DNA from: Octopus bimaculoides
Lineage: Eukaryota
DNA length: 64,000 nucleotides
Assembly (NCBI RefSeq): GCF_001194135.2
Contig: NC_068992.1
Coordinates: forward strand, 9,816,647-9,880,646
Reading direction: 5' to 3'
Part shown: in pieces, positions 9,669 through 22,900 of the stretch
Layout: the number at the start of each line of letters is the position of its first letter
How positions within the stretch are numbered: the stretch's first letter is position 1
Notes under the pieces: model-generated
What the model saw: the letters and a program-made list of their open reading frames with translations, nothing else
Told to the model about the DNA's origin: nothing
Databases searched by the model: none
Made by a program: the position numbers and the translations under genes

Positions 9669-12600
9669 CGTTACTGTCTCCTTGCCTTGACAATGTGTTG
9701 AAGTGAGTGTGACTTTCAATGCAAGCGGTGTCCATTTCCAGTCTGCCAAGACACATCTGATCAGGGGGAAATATTACTTTATGTGGAAACAGGTGAGGCT
9801 TTGTGACAGGAAGAGCATTCGATAACAAAAATCTACCTCAAATCTGACCCAACCCATGCAAGCATGGAAAAGAGGATATTAAAACAAAAATGAGGACTAC
9901 AATTTCAGTCATACAAATACAGACCAATGTAAACCAGATCCAGTCATAATTGCTTCAATGTGTTTGCAGATTTGTGCAGACACACGGACAGACATATACG
10001 CTCTTGCTGAAAATTTAACAATGTCTCCTCACTCTAATAACATTTGTACTGAAATAATACATCGATGTGTACTCACAGTTTTCACTTCAGTGTAATTTTC
10101 AAGTCCATATTCTCCAAGTTCTCGTCCATTTCCTGACATCTTGTAACCACCAAAAGGTGCAGCAGTATCCAAAACATCAAAGCAGTTGACCCTAAAAATG
10201 ACAGAATAAACATAAAGAGATCCTCCAACACAAAGAAAACTTCCTAAATATCATCTCCATTATTAAACATCAGTATATTTCAACAGGAATCATCATCTTG
10301 GTTGAGTTTAGCCATTGTACCCTCTGGTGCCTATCACATTCAGCATTTCAAACCAATCTTTTATTCAATCAAAGTGCATTGTTCTGAAATACACCATCTT
10401 TAACCCTTTAGTATTTAAACTGGTTGTATCCAAGCACAGAAATTCTACCTGAATAAATGGTGCATGGATGCCAAGGAGATAAAAATAATGTGTTGGGTTC
10501 TAAGTTCAACAAAAAACAAGTTTGTTTATCAAATGGTTCAACTGGGATCATTAAAATAAATTCATTAAATTACCAAACAGTTCCTGCTCTGATTGAGTTT
10601 GATATGTGAAGAGCTTTGTCAAGATCTGTTGTCATAACAGCAGCAGCCAAACCATATATGGTGTTGTGAGCCCTCTCAATTAACTCGTTCATATCACGGA
10701 ATTTCATTATCTGCATTACTGGACCAAAGATCTGAGAAAAGAAATATGGTAACAAGATCAATTCTCAGGCTAATTACCAAATAAAAATTCATTAAGAAAG
10801 TTTTATTCCAAGACTTGATGAAGATATATTTAAGTTTGTCAATGGTTAGTTACTATTTTATGTCTTGCAAAAAAGGTAAAAAAAAAATTTTTTTTAAACC
10901 AACAAAAATACACGATTTCATAACACAGACATGAAGTATTAGATTAAGTGAAATGAGAGATTGTAATAATCATTTTATCCTAATCGGCAAATTACATCCT
11001 CATGATCATATTTAGATTCTTTTCCGAGTAAGAGTATTAATTTGACTAATTTGGAGGAAGAGGTTGAAGGAAAATAACCACAGCAGCAATTAAGAGCAAT
11101 TGTCTAACAGTTACACTCAATCAATTAATAAATAGTGAGTTTCCAAAAGCTTACTTCCTCTTGGGCAATCCTCATGTTATCTTGTACATCAGCAAATACA
11201 GTTGGCTCCAAGAAATACCCTTTATCACCATGTCTGGCGCCACCGGTACAGAGTTTTGCTCCTTCTTCTTTACCACTTTCAATCAGTGAAAGGATCTTTG
11301 TCAGTTGTTCCTGGTCAACCTGTTAAAAAGGTGTTAATATGATATGGAACTAATAGGCTAAAGTCAAAAAACCAACAGAAAATTATAACACACACGTACA
11401 CATATCTATCTGTTTGTCTATTTAAATACTCAAAATCAAACCCATATCATTCGGTTATAGAAAAAAACCATTAACTTTAACATGTCTATATACAATACTA
11501 GAAACCAGTTCAATGCACTAAATAATCCACATTTTTTTTTATAAGAATATGTCTAAATGACCAATTGAATAATCAACACCAATATTTTTTATTATTATTA
11601 TTATTATAATTTACTTTGACAACCTCAACAATCACAAGCAAAAAAAGCATGTTCTATCCCAGTGGTTCCCAGTTTCGGGTCCACAAAAGGTAGTACTGGG
11701 GATCCGTGAACTAATTCAAAATTTCATAATATATAAGAGAGATTTTGTCTGCTTTTCTGTTTGTCCCATAAAATGAAACTAAATGGTTCAAAGGAGGCAA
11801 CACTAATCGTGCTTCAATAAAGTCTTCTGTATTATGGCATTATGTGGAAACACTTCAAATTTCAACAAATACGAGAGTGAGGCTTTCAATAGATCAATCA
11901 GCTGAAATATTTGCAGAGCAGCTTCAGAAACTTTGTGAAGGAAAAGTTTCTTACACTCAATCCAATATTTAATTCAAGTGATTCTGTCAATGATTTGGTG
12001 GCTGAAATATTTCCTAATCTTCTTCATAATTACAATAATACAGATTTAATCTGTGAGCGAGCTATTCTGGCTCCAAAAAATGTTGCTGTACATAACATTA
12101 ATAATATCCTATTGAATAAACTTCCAGGAGAAATATTCACTTATGACTCAATTGACAGGGTAGTTGATGATCAGGATAATGTTAACTACCCCATCGAATT
12201 TCTGAACTCACTACAACCATCAGGTACAGTTCATTGTCTTCAGCTGAAAAAATGGACTCTTATTATGCTATTAATAATTTGTCTATTGTAGAGCTCATTT
12301 TGTTTTAGACAATATTAAGCAGTCCTATCGATAAATGACATCTTCAAGCTCATTTTAAAGTTTGGTACATATATTGATCACTAATTGTTGAACTGTTAAG
12401 TTACAGAACATAAACAGAGGGAATCATTTTACCCAAGCCTGGGCCTGGACAGAGATACAGAGAAAGGGCTATTAGAACATCTTAGCCCTTTAACATTTAA
12501 ACTGGCCACATCTGGTCCAAGTATTCTGTTTTATGCTCAAACTGGCCTTTCACACCTACCCTATAATGCAATTCTAAAAATAAACAATGACATCATCAAA

Positions 12601-14162
12601 ATTTTGAAGCTATGAGATAATACATAATTCAAAACAATGTGAATAAACAAGCATAACATTTGACAGAGTAATCTGAATGCTAAAAGGGTAAGATAAACAA
12701 GATACTAGAAGCACTCACCTGTGGACCTTGATCAGAAGAAGGATCGAAAGGATCTCCGACTATTTTCCGTTTTGCTTGCTCAACACTGCGTGCAACAAAT
12801 TCATCGTAGATCTTTTCCTCCACAAATATTCTGGAACCGGCACAGCAACACTGACCTTGGTTGAAGAACAGACCAAGATGGCAAGTCTCGACAGCAAGGT
12901 CCACTGAAAATGGCATGAGAAATTCAATCAGAGAATGGTCATGTGATAAAAACATGAAACATCAACTAAATAAATGGGTGTGGTCAAAAGGTGCACAACA
13001 ACTGTATGGCTAAGGTAGTGGACTACAGCCATTGATAAGTGAAACAATGGAGATTTCTACAAAGGCTGCTTGACCTGCAGGAAACAACAAAATCTCCCTC
13101 TGTTAATCATATAATAACCATCTTAAAAAGAGAGGACATATATGTAAACATAGTCCTAGACACAGTGAATAAAGTATAAATAGAATGGGCATATCTGGAA
13201 TGCCTTTGGTTGAGGATATGCTTATTTAGAGTTCAACTAAGGCTAAATGACTACAGCCACCATGCAGAGAACCAAGAGAACCCCTCTGTAGTGGTTTGAC
13301 ATGCTATAAATAGTAGCTAAATTATTCTCAAATCACACCCTAATGATTTCTACAAGAATAGGAAACATTAACTAATGAAGTCCTACAGAGCCCTAAAAGA
13401 TAAAATGGCTATGATTATAATGCTTTGGATTATAGGTTGCCTGCTCAGTAGTGGTTGACCTAGGGCTAAATAACAAGTATCTATGAAGGCAAACTCATTA
13501 GCTTTTCTAAAAGGTTAACCATCTGTTAGCATATTTAACCTGCACAGGGAGGATAATAAAAGATGAAACTTTCACATTGGAATCATTGAGATTAGTAAAC
13601 TGAATAATTGTTTCACAAACTCCTCAGTTACACAAAGATGGTCCTCATTATGCTTTTAACATACCATTTTCCATGCTTGCATGGGGTGGACAGGATTTTC
13701 TACAGCCTGATGCCCTTCCTGTCACTAACCCTCACACTTCCAAGTAAAGTAATATTTCTCAACAACCAGAAAATGTTTCCATAGAAGATTTAAAACAAAG
13801 GATACTGCATGCATGGTGGTGACACTCGTTTACGACTATCAAGTGATATCAAGACAAAGAGACAGTAACACACATACGCACACATTATCTATATACGACA
13901 CGTTTTTTTTGTTTTAGTTCCCCATCTCCAAAATCCACTGACAAGGCTTTGGTCAGCCTGCGGTTATAATAGAACATGCTTATTCAAGGTGTCATGTAGT
14001 GGGACTGAACCCAGAAACTTCTTACCACACACCCATGCAGGCATGCATTCAGGGTATTACTATTTAAGGCTTAGATCAGTGGTTTCCAACCTGGGGTCTG
14101 TAAAGGCAGTACTGGGAGGGGGGGGGAGGGGTCCGTGAACAAAATTCAAAATTTCATATATA

Positions 14163-14197
<35 letters not shown>

Positions 14198-17100
14198 GGA
14201 TAAGCGTATTAAAAGGGGTCCGTGGGGAAAACTCATTTAAATAAAAGGGTTGGGAACCACTGAGAAAACACTGGGAACCACTAGCTTAGATCTATTAATA
14301 CTCAAGAGTTTGAGCAAAATGAAGATTTTTAAACTTCTTTTGTAGTTTCAGCCATCACTTTCCTGATAACAAGCGGTGTAGGATTTTAAAACAAATCCAG
14401 AGATGAAAAATGGATTTTAAACACAGTTCAAACAGTTTTAAACAATTTTATAAAAGAAATGCATTGCTTACTATTGGCATCAGCAAATACTATATTTGGA
14501 CTTTTACCACCAAGTTCCAAAGTTACTCTCTTTAAATTACTCTCTGTGGCCATGACCGAAACAATTTTCCCAATCTGAAAACCAAAAATTAAAAATTAAA
14601 ACAGTTGAACAAAGAAATCTCTTTAAAAAATTGCTTTTACATCACAAGATGATGAGATTAGCATGTCTGGTAAAGGCCTTTGTTGTAGATTAGCCATGAA
14701 CCAAAAATTAGCATCTTTTTTAACCATTAATTCAAAGAAGGAAAAAGCTCATGGCTGTGAAACTGGTACCAAGAAACAGGGAACTTATCCTTAAATCAGG
14801 GAGATGGCTCAACAGAGATCATTTTTACATCATGCTCTCTTGAAAGTTTGTAAAATTCTTATGATGTAAAGTACCTGCAAAATAACCAAATTTACAAAAA
14901 TAAGAAAAAAATCTCCAAAATATGATGACCTACTTCAGTAGAACCAGTAAAGGCAATTTTATCAACATCCATGTGTTTAGCAAGAGCAGCTCCAGCTGTT
15001 GGCCCATAGCCAGGGACAATATTCAGAACGCCAGGAGGATAACCAGCCTAAAACAAAAAAAAAAAATCTGTACTATATTTTCCAGCAAACAAATTGAATT
15101 TACAGTACAAAAAAAAAAAAAAAAAAAAAAAAGTCATACAAGGCAACTTTGGAGGATTAAACATTTAATGTGAAGTGTAGCAGGATTTGGAAGGATAGTG
15201 ATAATGCATGGATGTTTACACTAACAGGCTTACATTATATACCACAATGACTTGTATGCCAGAAAACATGCTAAGATATCTTACAAATTCATTTTAGGGG
15301 AAAATCCTAATAAAATTTTTTTTAATCTGAAAATCAAATTTAAACCGAACTAACTATACCAGTTGGTATTTTCAAATCAATAAAGAAGGTTATTTCTTTT
15401 TTAATAGAAGTGTGAAAAATACAATGCCTTACCTCTACAGCAAGTTGTGCAATATAAAGAGCACTGAGGGGTGTCTGTTCAGCTGTTTTCATCACAACTG
15501 TGTTTCCTAGAGCCAGGGCAGGTCCAAGCTTCCATGCTTGCATCAGCAAAGGGAAGTTCCACTGAAATGTAAGACGAATTTCAATAATGGCATCAACCAT
15601 TGTTTTACTTTTAACAAATGCAGGAAAGTCTTTAAGAAAGCAAATCTAGGAATTCTCATCTGGGAATTCCAATTACCAGGTGGAATCATTGAACTGGTTC
15701 TACAAGGGATTCAAAAGGGGTTAGTTTCTTAAAGATCTTACTGTTACATAGCAGTAGTATAATACTAACATCAATAATATCCATTTCTAATTTAAGCAGA
15801 AGGTCAGCAATTTGGGGGGGGGGGGTCAAGAGCCTGCCAATTACAGTGACCCTAGTATTTGACTGGCACTTTATTTTATTGACCCCCAGCAGAGATGAAA
15901 AGATAAAATAGGTTAGGTTTGAACTCAGAAAATAAAGAGCTACAAGAAGTACCACAAAGGAATTCACCACTCAAGTAATAATAATCCTTCCTTATTTTAT
16001 ATCTTAACTTTGTAGACACTAGATCATCGAGTGAATATGATAAATGAATGATTAACAGAGCGACTGGTCTAAAAGATTTCCAACAAGTCAGTGTTCACAA
16101 AATATAACCCTCATTGTCATTTAATATCCATGTTCTGTGCTGACATCGGTTGGTCAGTTAGACAAAAATTCAACAGATTCAAGGACTGCATTTGTGCTCC
16201 ATGGTCAACTTTAGCATGGGTTGTATTGTTGGATGCCCTTCTTAACACCAACCACTTTACAGAATGAACTGGATGCTTTCATTCATGGTACCAGCATTAG
16301 TGAGATCACCATACAGCCAGGGCTGGATTAAAACCCACGGAGGCCCTAAACACTTCACCCTTTTGATACCAACTCGTCTGAGACTATCCCTAGTTCTTTC
16401 ATACAAACTTCCAGTCAGTATCATTTAATGTCCATTTCCCAAGCTGGCACAGGTAGAACAGTTTGACCAGAGGTGGCAAGGCCAGGAACCACACTAGCTT
16501 CTATTGTCCGATTTGGTATGGTACCTGCAGCTGGATGCTCTTCCCATCACCAACCACTTTACAGAATGTACTGGATGCTTTTTACCTTGCACCAGCACTG
16601 ACAGGATTACCACATACCTTGCAAGACAAAAACCCCTCAACTGGGAAATGGAGGAGTAGTATTGAAGGGTGGGGTTGCTTTGTGCCAGTTGAAAGATTAA
16701 AGAGACAGAAATAGGTGTCTTGCTGTAGAGTAGATACATGGATACTCCAATTGGAAAAGAAAGAGAGTGATCTAAGTTAAAACTTTCCATCAAAATTTCA
16801 TGTTAATTCATGATCCAAATTCCAGCTTAATAATGACAAAGTTATGTTACAAAATTAATTATTTCCAAAATGAATTAAAACAAAGGCAGAAATAACAACA
16901 CACACCCATATACACCAAACATCTTAGAAATTAGCTTACAGGAATAATTTGTCCACAGACTCCAACAGGTTCATGTCTTGTGTAGGTGAAGTGGTTTCCA
17001 CCTGACAAAATAAAGAAACAAGATTTTTTTTAAATGGCATGTTCTTAAGAAGCTTGCTTCTCAAACATGTGGTCTTGGGTTCAGTTTTACTGTGAGGTAC

Positions 17101-19813
17101 CTTGAGAAAGTGTCTTTCACTGTAGACCCAGGCCAACCCCTCTCTTGTGAGTGGATTTGGTAAAGCCCATTGTATTTGAATGTGTGTGTGTGTGTGTGTG
17201 TGTGCATGTGTTTACCCTTGTCTTGACATATCAGAGCAAGTGAGCGAGCATGCGTACATGCTTGGTGCATATATTGCTATTGCCTTTCGGTGATGCCATA
17301 GGACAGTTGTAAGCAAGTGTCATTCAAGTAGAGTCCTCCATTTCCAATCCAAGAAAATACTTTTAGTCATAAATTTTTGTTTGCTTGCTTTTTTATTTTT
17401 TTTAGAAAGATCTTTGTATTTTAAGTATTCGTTAACATATTTCATTTTCCATTAATTTAAACTGAATTATGAGAATTGATGTTGTATAACAAACAGGGCT
17501 GATGGTGTTGGAAATAAAACCAAAGAGGAAACAAAATAAAAGAAACTGTGAATGTATTTTTTCCATTGATTTCAACAATGAGTGAGCAGTTGTTTCATCA
17601 ATTGAACTAGCTGCTCATCAAATTAGCATGTAAGTGGCTGTGTATTCAGGGACACGTTTGAAATGAATTGAGAGGTGAAATATAGAGAGCTGAAGGACAG
17701 TCTGATCTTTAGCAGACATATTTGAGGTGAAGTTGCAAAAGTGTATAGTAATTAGTAATCCAATTAAGCAGGCAGGGGTGACAACTCAAGACATTTCAGT
17801 CTTACTAGACCTCCTTAGATAATAGATAAGTGAGTGAGGACAAAAGATTGTGCAATCTTTAGCAGACAGCAGTGATAATTCCAGGCATGTTTTGATCCTA
17901 TTAGTAAATAGGTCAGTGCTAACAGTTTCGTCATTACTTCATCATTCTTCTTATCTTGAAATTCTTATTCTAAAAGAAGCCCTCTCCATTTTAGAAGGCC
18001 GGAAAGTGTTTAAGGGATACAGGAAAATTGTTTTATAGTAATATTAGATGAGCTACTTACGGATAGGAATAGTTTTCCCATGGTTTTTGTCAGCCCAGCC
18101 AGCGTAATATCTGAAGATATAAAATAATTCAATTAGTAACTGAATCAACTTGAATAATTATTCAAACATAAGCAATATTTTATCTTTCATTTGTTTCAGT
18201 CTGACAGGTTTTCTTGAACAAATTGGCCACAGTACTTACTGGTACTCATTCTACTGGTTTCTTTTTGCCAAACTGCTAACTCACAGGGATGTAAATAAAC
18301 CAATACCAATTGTTAAGCAGTAGTGAGGGACAAACTCAAAGACACAAATACAAACAAACACATCAGGTTCCTTTCAATTTTCGTCTATCAAATCCACTCA
18401 CAAGACACTTGCTTAAAGTGTCGCACAGTGAGACTGAACCCAGGACCATGTGATTGGGAAGCAAACCAAACTTCTTACCATTGAGCTATGCTTGCATCTA
18501 TTTCTCTTAGGTTTAATTCCCTTAATTCATTGGTAAAAACCATATGGTAATGTGTATCCAAGAACACACAAACACAACTCTTACCAAATACTTTCCAAAG
18601 ACAACCCCACCTCACACAAGATATAAAACAGGTGAGGGTTGGTGACAGAAAGTGCATCCAACCAGAGAAAATCTGGTTCAACTAATTCTGTCCAGTTCAG
18701 GCAAGCATGGAAAAATGGACATTAAATTGTTTTCTTTTTTTATCCTTTTTCCATTTTTCTTTTGACAAATAGGGAGAACAAGTGTGCCTATTCTAAAACA
18801 GGGGTGATGCTGGGGCAATGCTCTGAAGGGTTTAGTCAAATCAATGCCAATTCTACTGGTCCCCTTTGCCAAACTTAAGTCACAGGGATGTAAACAAACT
18901 AACACTTGCTATCAAGCAATGGAAGGGAGACAAGCACATGTGTGGGTATATAACACACACTTATACACAGCAGGCTTTGAGTTTCCACCTACTAATTTCA
19001 CTCGTAAAGCATTGGTCGGCCGAAAGCTCTACGAGGAGACATTTGCTCAGGTGTGCCACCCAGTGGGACTGAACCTGAAACCACATGATTGGGTAAGTGC
19101 TCCACTTTAGCTGGGCCAACCAAAGCCTTCTGAATGGACTTCATAGATGAAAACTGAAAGAAGCCTGCTGTAAATAAATATCAAAATGTGTGTGACTGTG
19201 TTTGTTCCCCACCATTTCACAACCGACGTTGGTTTGTTTATTTCTGAAATGCAGAAATTCAGCAAAAAGAGGTCAAAAGTACAAGACTTAGTAAAAAGAA
19301 AGTACTAGGGTCAGTTTGTTTGACTAAACCTTTGAAGGCTGTGCTCCAGCAAGGCCAAAGTCTGATGACCGGAACAAGAAAACAGGCTTCAAAAAATGGT
19401 ATTTTAGAAAGAAAATTCAGAAATTCTTACCTGTAAGTATTAATGACAGCAGCAACATCGACAAGGAAAGACTGGGTGTAGGTTTTACCATTGTCAAGAG
19501 TTTCTAAAGACTTGAAAAAGAAAAATACAAATTCTATACAAAATATGGAGATTTAATTAAAGAAATTCTATACAAAATGAAAAATATATTCAAACCTTTC
19601 TAAAACCTAAAAGCAAAAAGAACAACCAGATGGTGTCAATTGACAATATTTTTGTACCAGGAGTGGCTATGTGGTAAGTAGCTTGCTTACAAACCACATG
19701 GTTCTGGGTTCAGTCCCACTGCGTGGCACCTTGGGCAAGTGTCTTCTACTATAGCCTCAGGCCGACCAAAGCCTTGTGAGTGGATTTGGTAGACAGAAAC
19801 TGAAAGAAGCCCG

Positions 19814-19879
<66 letters not shown>

Positions 19880-19898
19880 GTGTGTGTGTGTGTGTGTG

Positions 19899-19939
<41 letters not shown>

Positions 19940-22900
19940 GTGTATGATTTTAATGCCCACATTTCTATGGGTTGGATGGAGTTTATTGACGCAGATTTGC
20001 TATGGCCAGGCACTCTTTTAATCACCAATCTTTATTTCTAAGCAAGATAATATTGCTCCATGGCAGGACAGCTTTTTTTTTTAAGATTAAAAATATTTGA
20101 CTGTGACACTCATTTACAACTATCACACAATGACAAGAAAATACAAATCGTCATCATTGATTGAAGCATTTCCAAATGCTGGCATAGGCTGAATGGTTTC
20201 ATAGGAGATGGTCAACCAGAAGACAACACCAAGCTCTACCATCTGTTTTGGCACGGTTTCTATGGCTGCATGCCCTTCCTAACCCCAACCACTTTACAGA
20301 GTAGAATGAATGCTTTTCACATGGTACCAGCAAAGTTGCCAGATAATTTGCAAAACAAAGACCTCCCAACAGAGAGGAAGAAGTGTATAGGAGGGGGTAG
20401 CTTTGCACCAGTTGAGAGTTTCAGTATAACAGAGGGATAGAAACAGATGTCTTGTAGAAGAGACATGGTTACCCTACTCAGAAAGGGAGAAAGAGACACA
20501 GACTTCCAGCAATGAAATCCACTCACAAGGCTTTGGTTGACCCAGGGCTATAGTAGATGACACTTGTCAAAAGTGCCACACAGTGGACTGAACTCAAAAC
20601 CATGTGTTTGGGGGCTTCACTCAGATCTCTAAAACTGTCAACATTGACTCCACTGAAAAAGGCCAGATAGATATTTAATCAGGAAACTGCATACATCTCC
20701 AATTGATAGGCTTTCACAGTTTCAGTCAAGCAAATTTAATGAACTCAAAACCTTAAAGAAATCTTAACCACACAGTAAAAACAGTTATCTTTGCAGCAAA
20801 AAGTTTTGACCTTTCTATGCTGATATCAGTTCACTGGTTTTTTTATAACAAAACATTCCAAAATTATATTTAGCTGAAACCAATGCTGACCTGATTTCAC
20901 CTTTCATTCAAGTGCACATGTTTTTGACATATTTGCATTTGAGGTTTAGTTGCTTATGCATGGATAAACAGCATCATTTTAGGTTAAGCTGCTCATTCAA
21001 CCTTGAGAAGAATTTACATTTTACAAATTTCAATTGTCAGTTTAGAACTAGTTTTGATAAAGTAAAGACTAGCCAGACCTTTCTAACACACGAGTATCGG
21101 TCACTTCTTCACTGCAACTTATTTTCCTCAAACTGATGCCCCAGTAATGACTAAAGCCATAAATATATATATCTTTGCATTGACTAGACTATGAAATGTT
21201 ATACACCAATGACCACAAGGTACTTCCATGCATTGTTGAAGCTTTTAAACGATGCGAACCCAGTGGCAAGGCAGCTAGGCCAACATTCCCCATTCAGCTG
21301 TAGAAACTCTGCCAGACCAAATTGGAGCCTGGTGCAGCCACTGGCTCTCCAGACCTCAGTCAAACTGTCCAACCCATGCCAGCATGGAAAACGGACGTTA
21401 ACCAATGATGATGATGCCTTTAATAATATCTCTGTTCACCCATGAGTCTACTTGGAACTAAACAAAAACAAGAAAGAAAAGATAAAATGTATCTCAACAA
21501 GAATTGAATGGAGAACCTCTGAGAACAGAAACTAAATATTATGGTACAGTTTAGCAGAGACAATATTAAGTGTGATCTATCATCAGAAAAATGCTAATAA
21601 TTTTACTTACTGCAATGTAATTCTTGTCTCTTTCAATTAAATCTGCCAGTTTGTACATTAAATTGCCACGGTCTGAGGCATCCATTCTTCTCCATGGTGA
21701 CCCCAGTCTGAAAGCATCTTTGGCAGCAGCCACTGCCCTGTCAATATCTGCCTGAAAAACATGAATAACACAACAAACTATAAACTACCTTACAATTAAC
21801 AATGGTGATCTAGGAAGATTTAGCTTTTTTTTATTTTTATTTTGTACAACAGCCTTGGCTGTATGGTCAAGAAGTCCGATTTCCAATCAAGTGATTTTAG
21901 GTTCAATCTCACTGTACGGTACCTTGGTCAAATGTCATCTACACTATCCACATTTCAACAAAATCTGACATTTGTGCATGGAAAGTAGATGTTAACAATG
22001 ATAATGATATCCAATCCCAGAACAAGGTTGGTAACTTTGCACTTTCATAGTTATTCTTAAATCTTAATCATTTCATAGCCAAATTCAAGTGACCCTTGGC
22101 TTATGGTCCCAGACAACCGAGTGAAATATCCTGATAACTATCCAGACAGCTGATGGTTATCTTTGCCCAGATAACTGCAAACGATCTTCAAAGTATTAAT
22201 CAACCTTGGTGTTATTGTAGTTATTCTACTTCCGTTACATTTTATTTTATCTCGTGTCCTGATACCCTACAAGTTTTGGTTGATAAAAATGTCAAGTTGA
22301 CACAACTGTTAGATAGAAGGCAGCAGACACACTGATACATTCAATTTATACAATTTTATACTATGTTCTACAACATAGAAATTGAAAGCAAGACACGCGC
22401 ACACATTTCCTGCATGTACAGTTAGATGCATATGGCGAGTTGGGGGTTTCAAAAGACTGCTTGAAAGAGGGTACACACACCTTCAATTACATGATTTTTA
22501 TTTTTAAGACTGCATGCTCTGGCTTAAGTTCATTTTTGAGCTGTTGGCCATTTGGAAGGCCATATGCAGAGGATGCAAATTACCATCAGAATGAAACAGA
22601 GAACAAAGGACAAACTGCAGCTTATGTTCATCAAACTCTGTGTGTGTGTGAGCGTGTGTGTTCATTTAAAGAGAAAAAGAAATATAGGGCCCACAGAGAG
22701 ACAGTTGCAAAGAAAACTCAATGGGAAAACAAATAGACAGTAATAGAGAGAATATGCACATACACACACACACACATGTATAATGTGGCATTTACTCCAT
22801 GAATGGAAAGCATCTCGGGCAGGTTAACCCTTTCAATATCAACCCAGCTGAAATTGCCTCTTGCTCTTATAGTACATATATCTGGGTTTCAAAAGTTCTG

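Noticed and set aside
19687-20028. ORFs with [12 protein letters not shown] runs (also 9224, 9604, 17061, 43831 and others)
   Set aside because: Translations of (TA)n/(CA)n microsatellites and SINE sequence.
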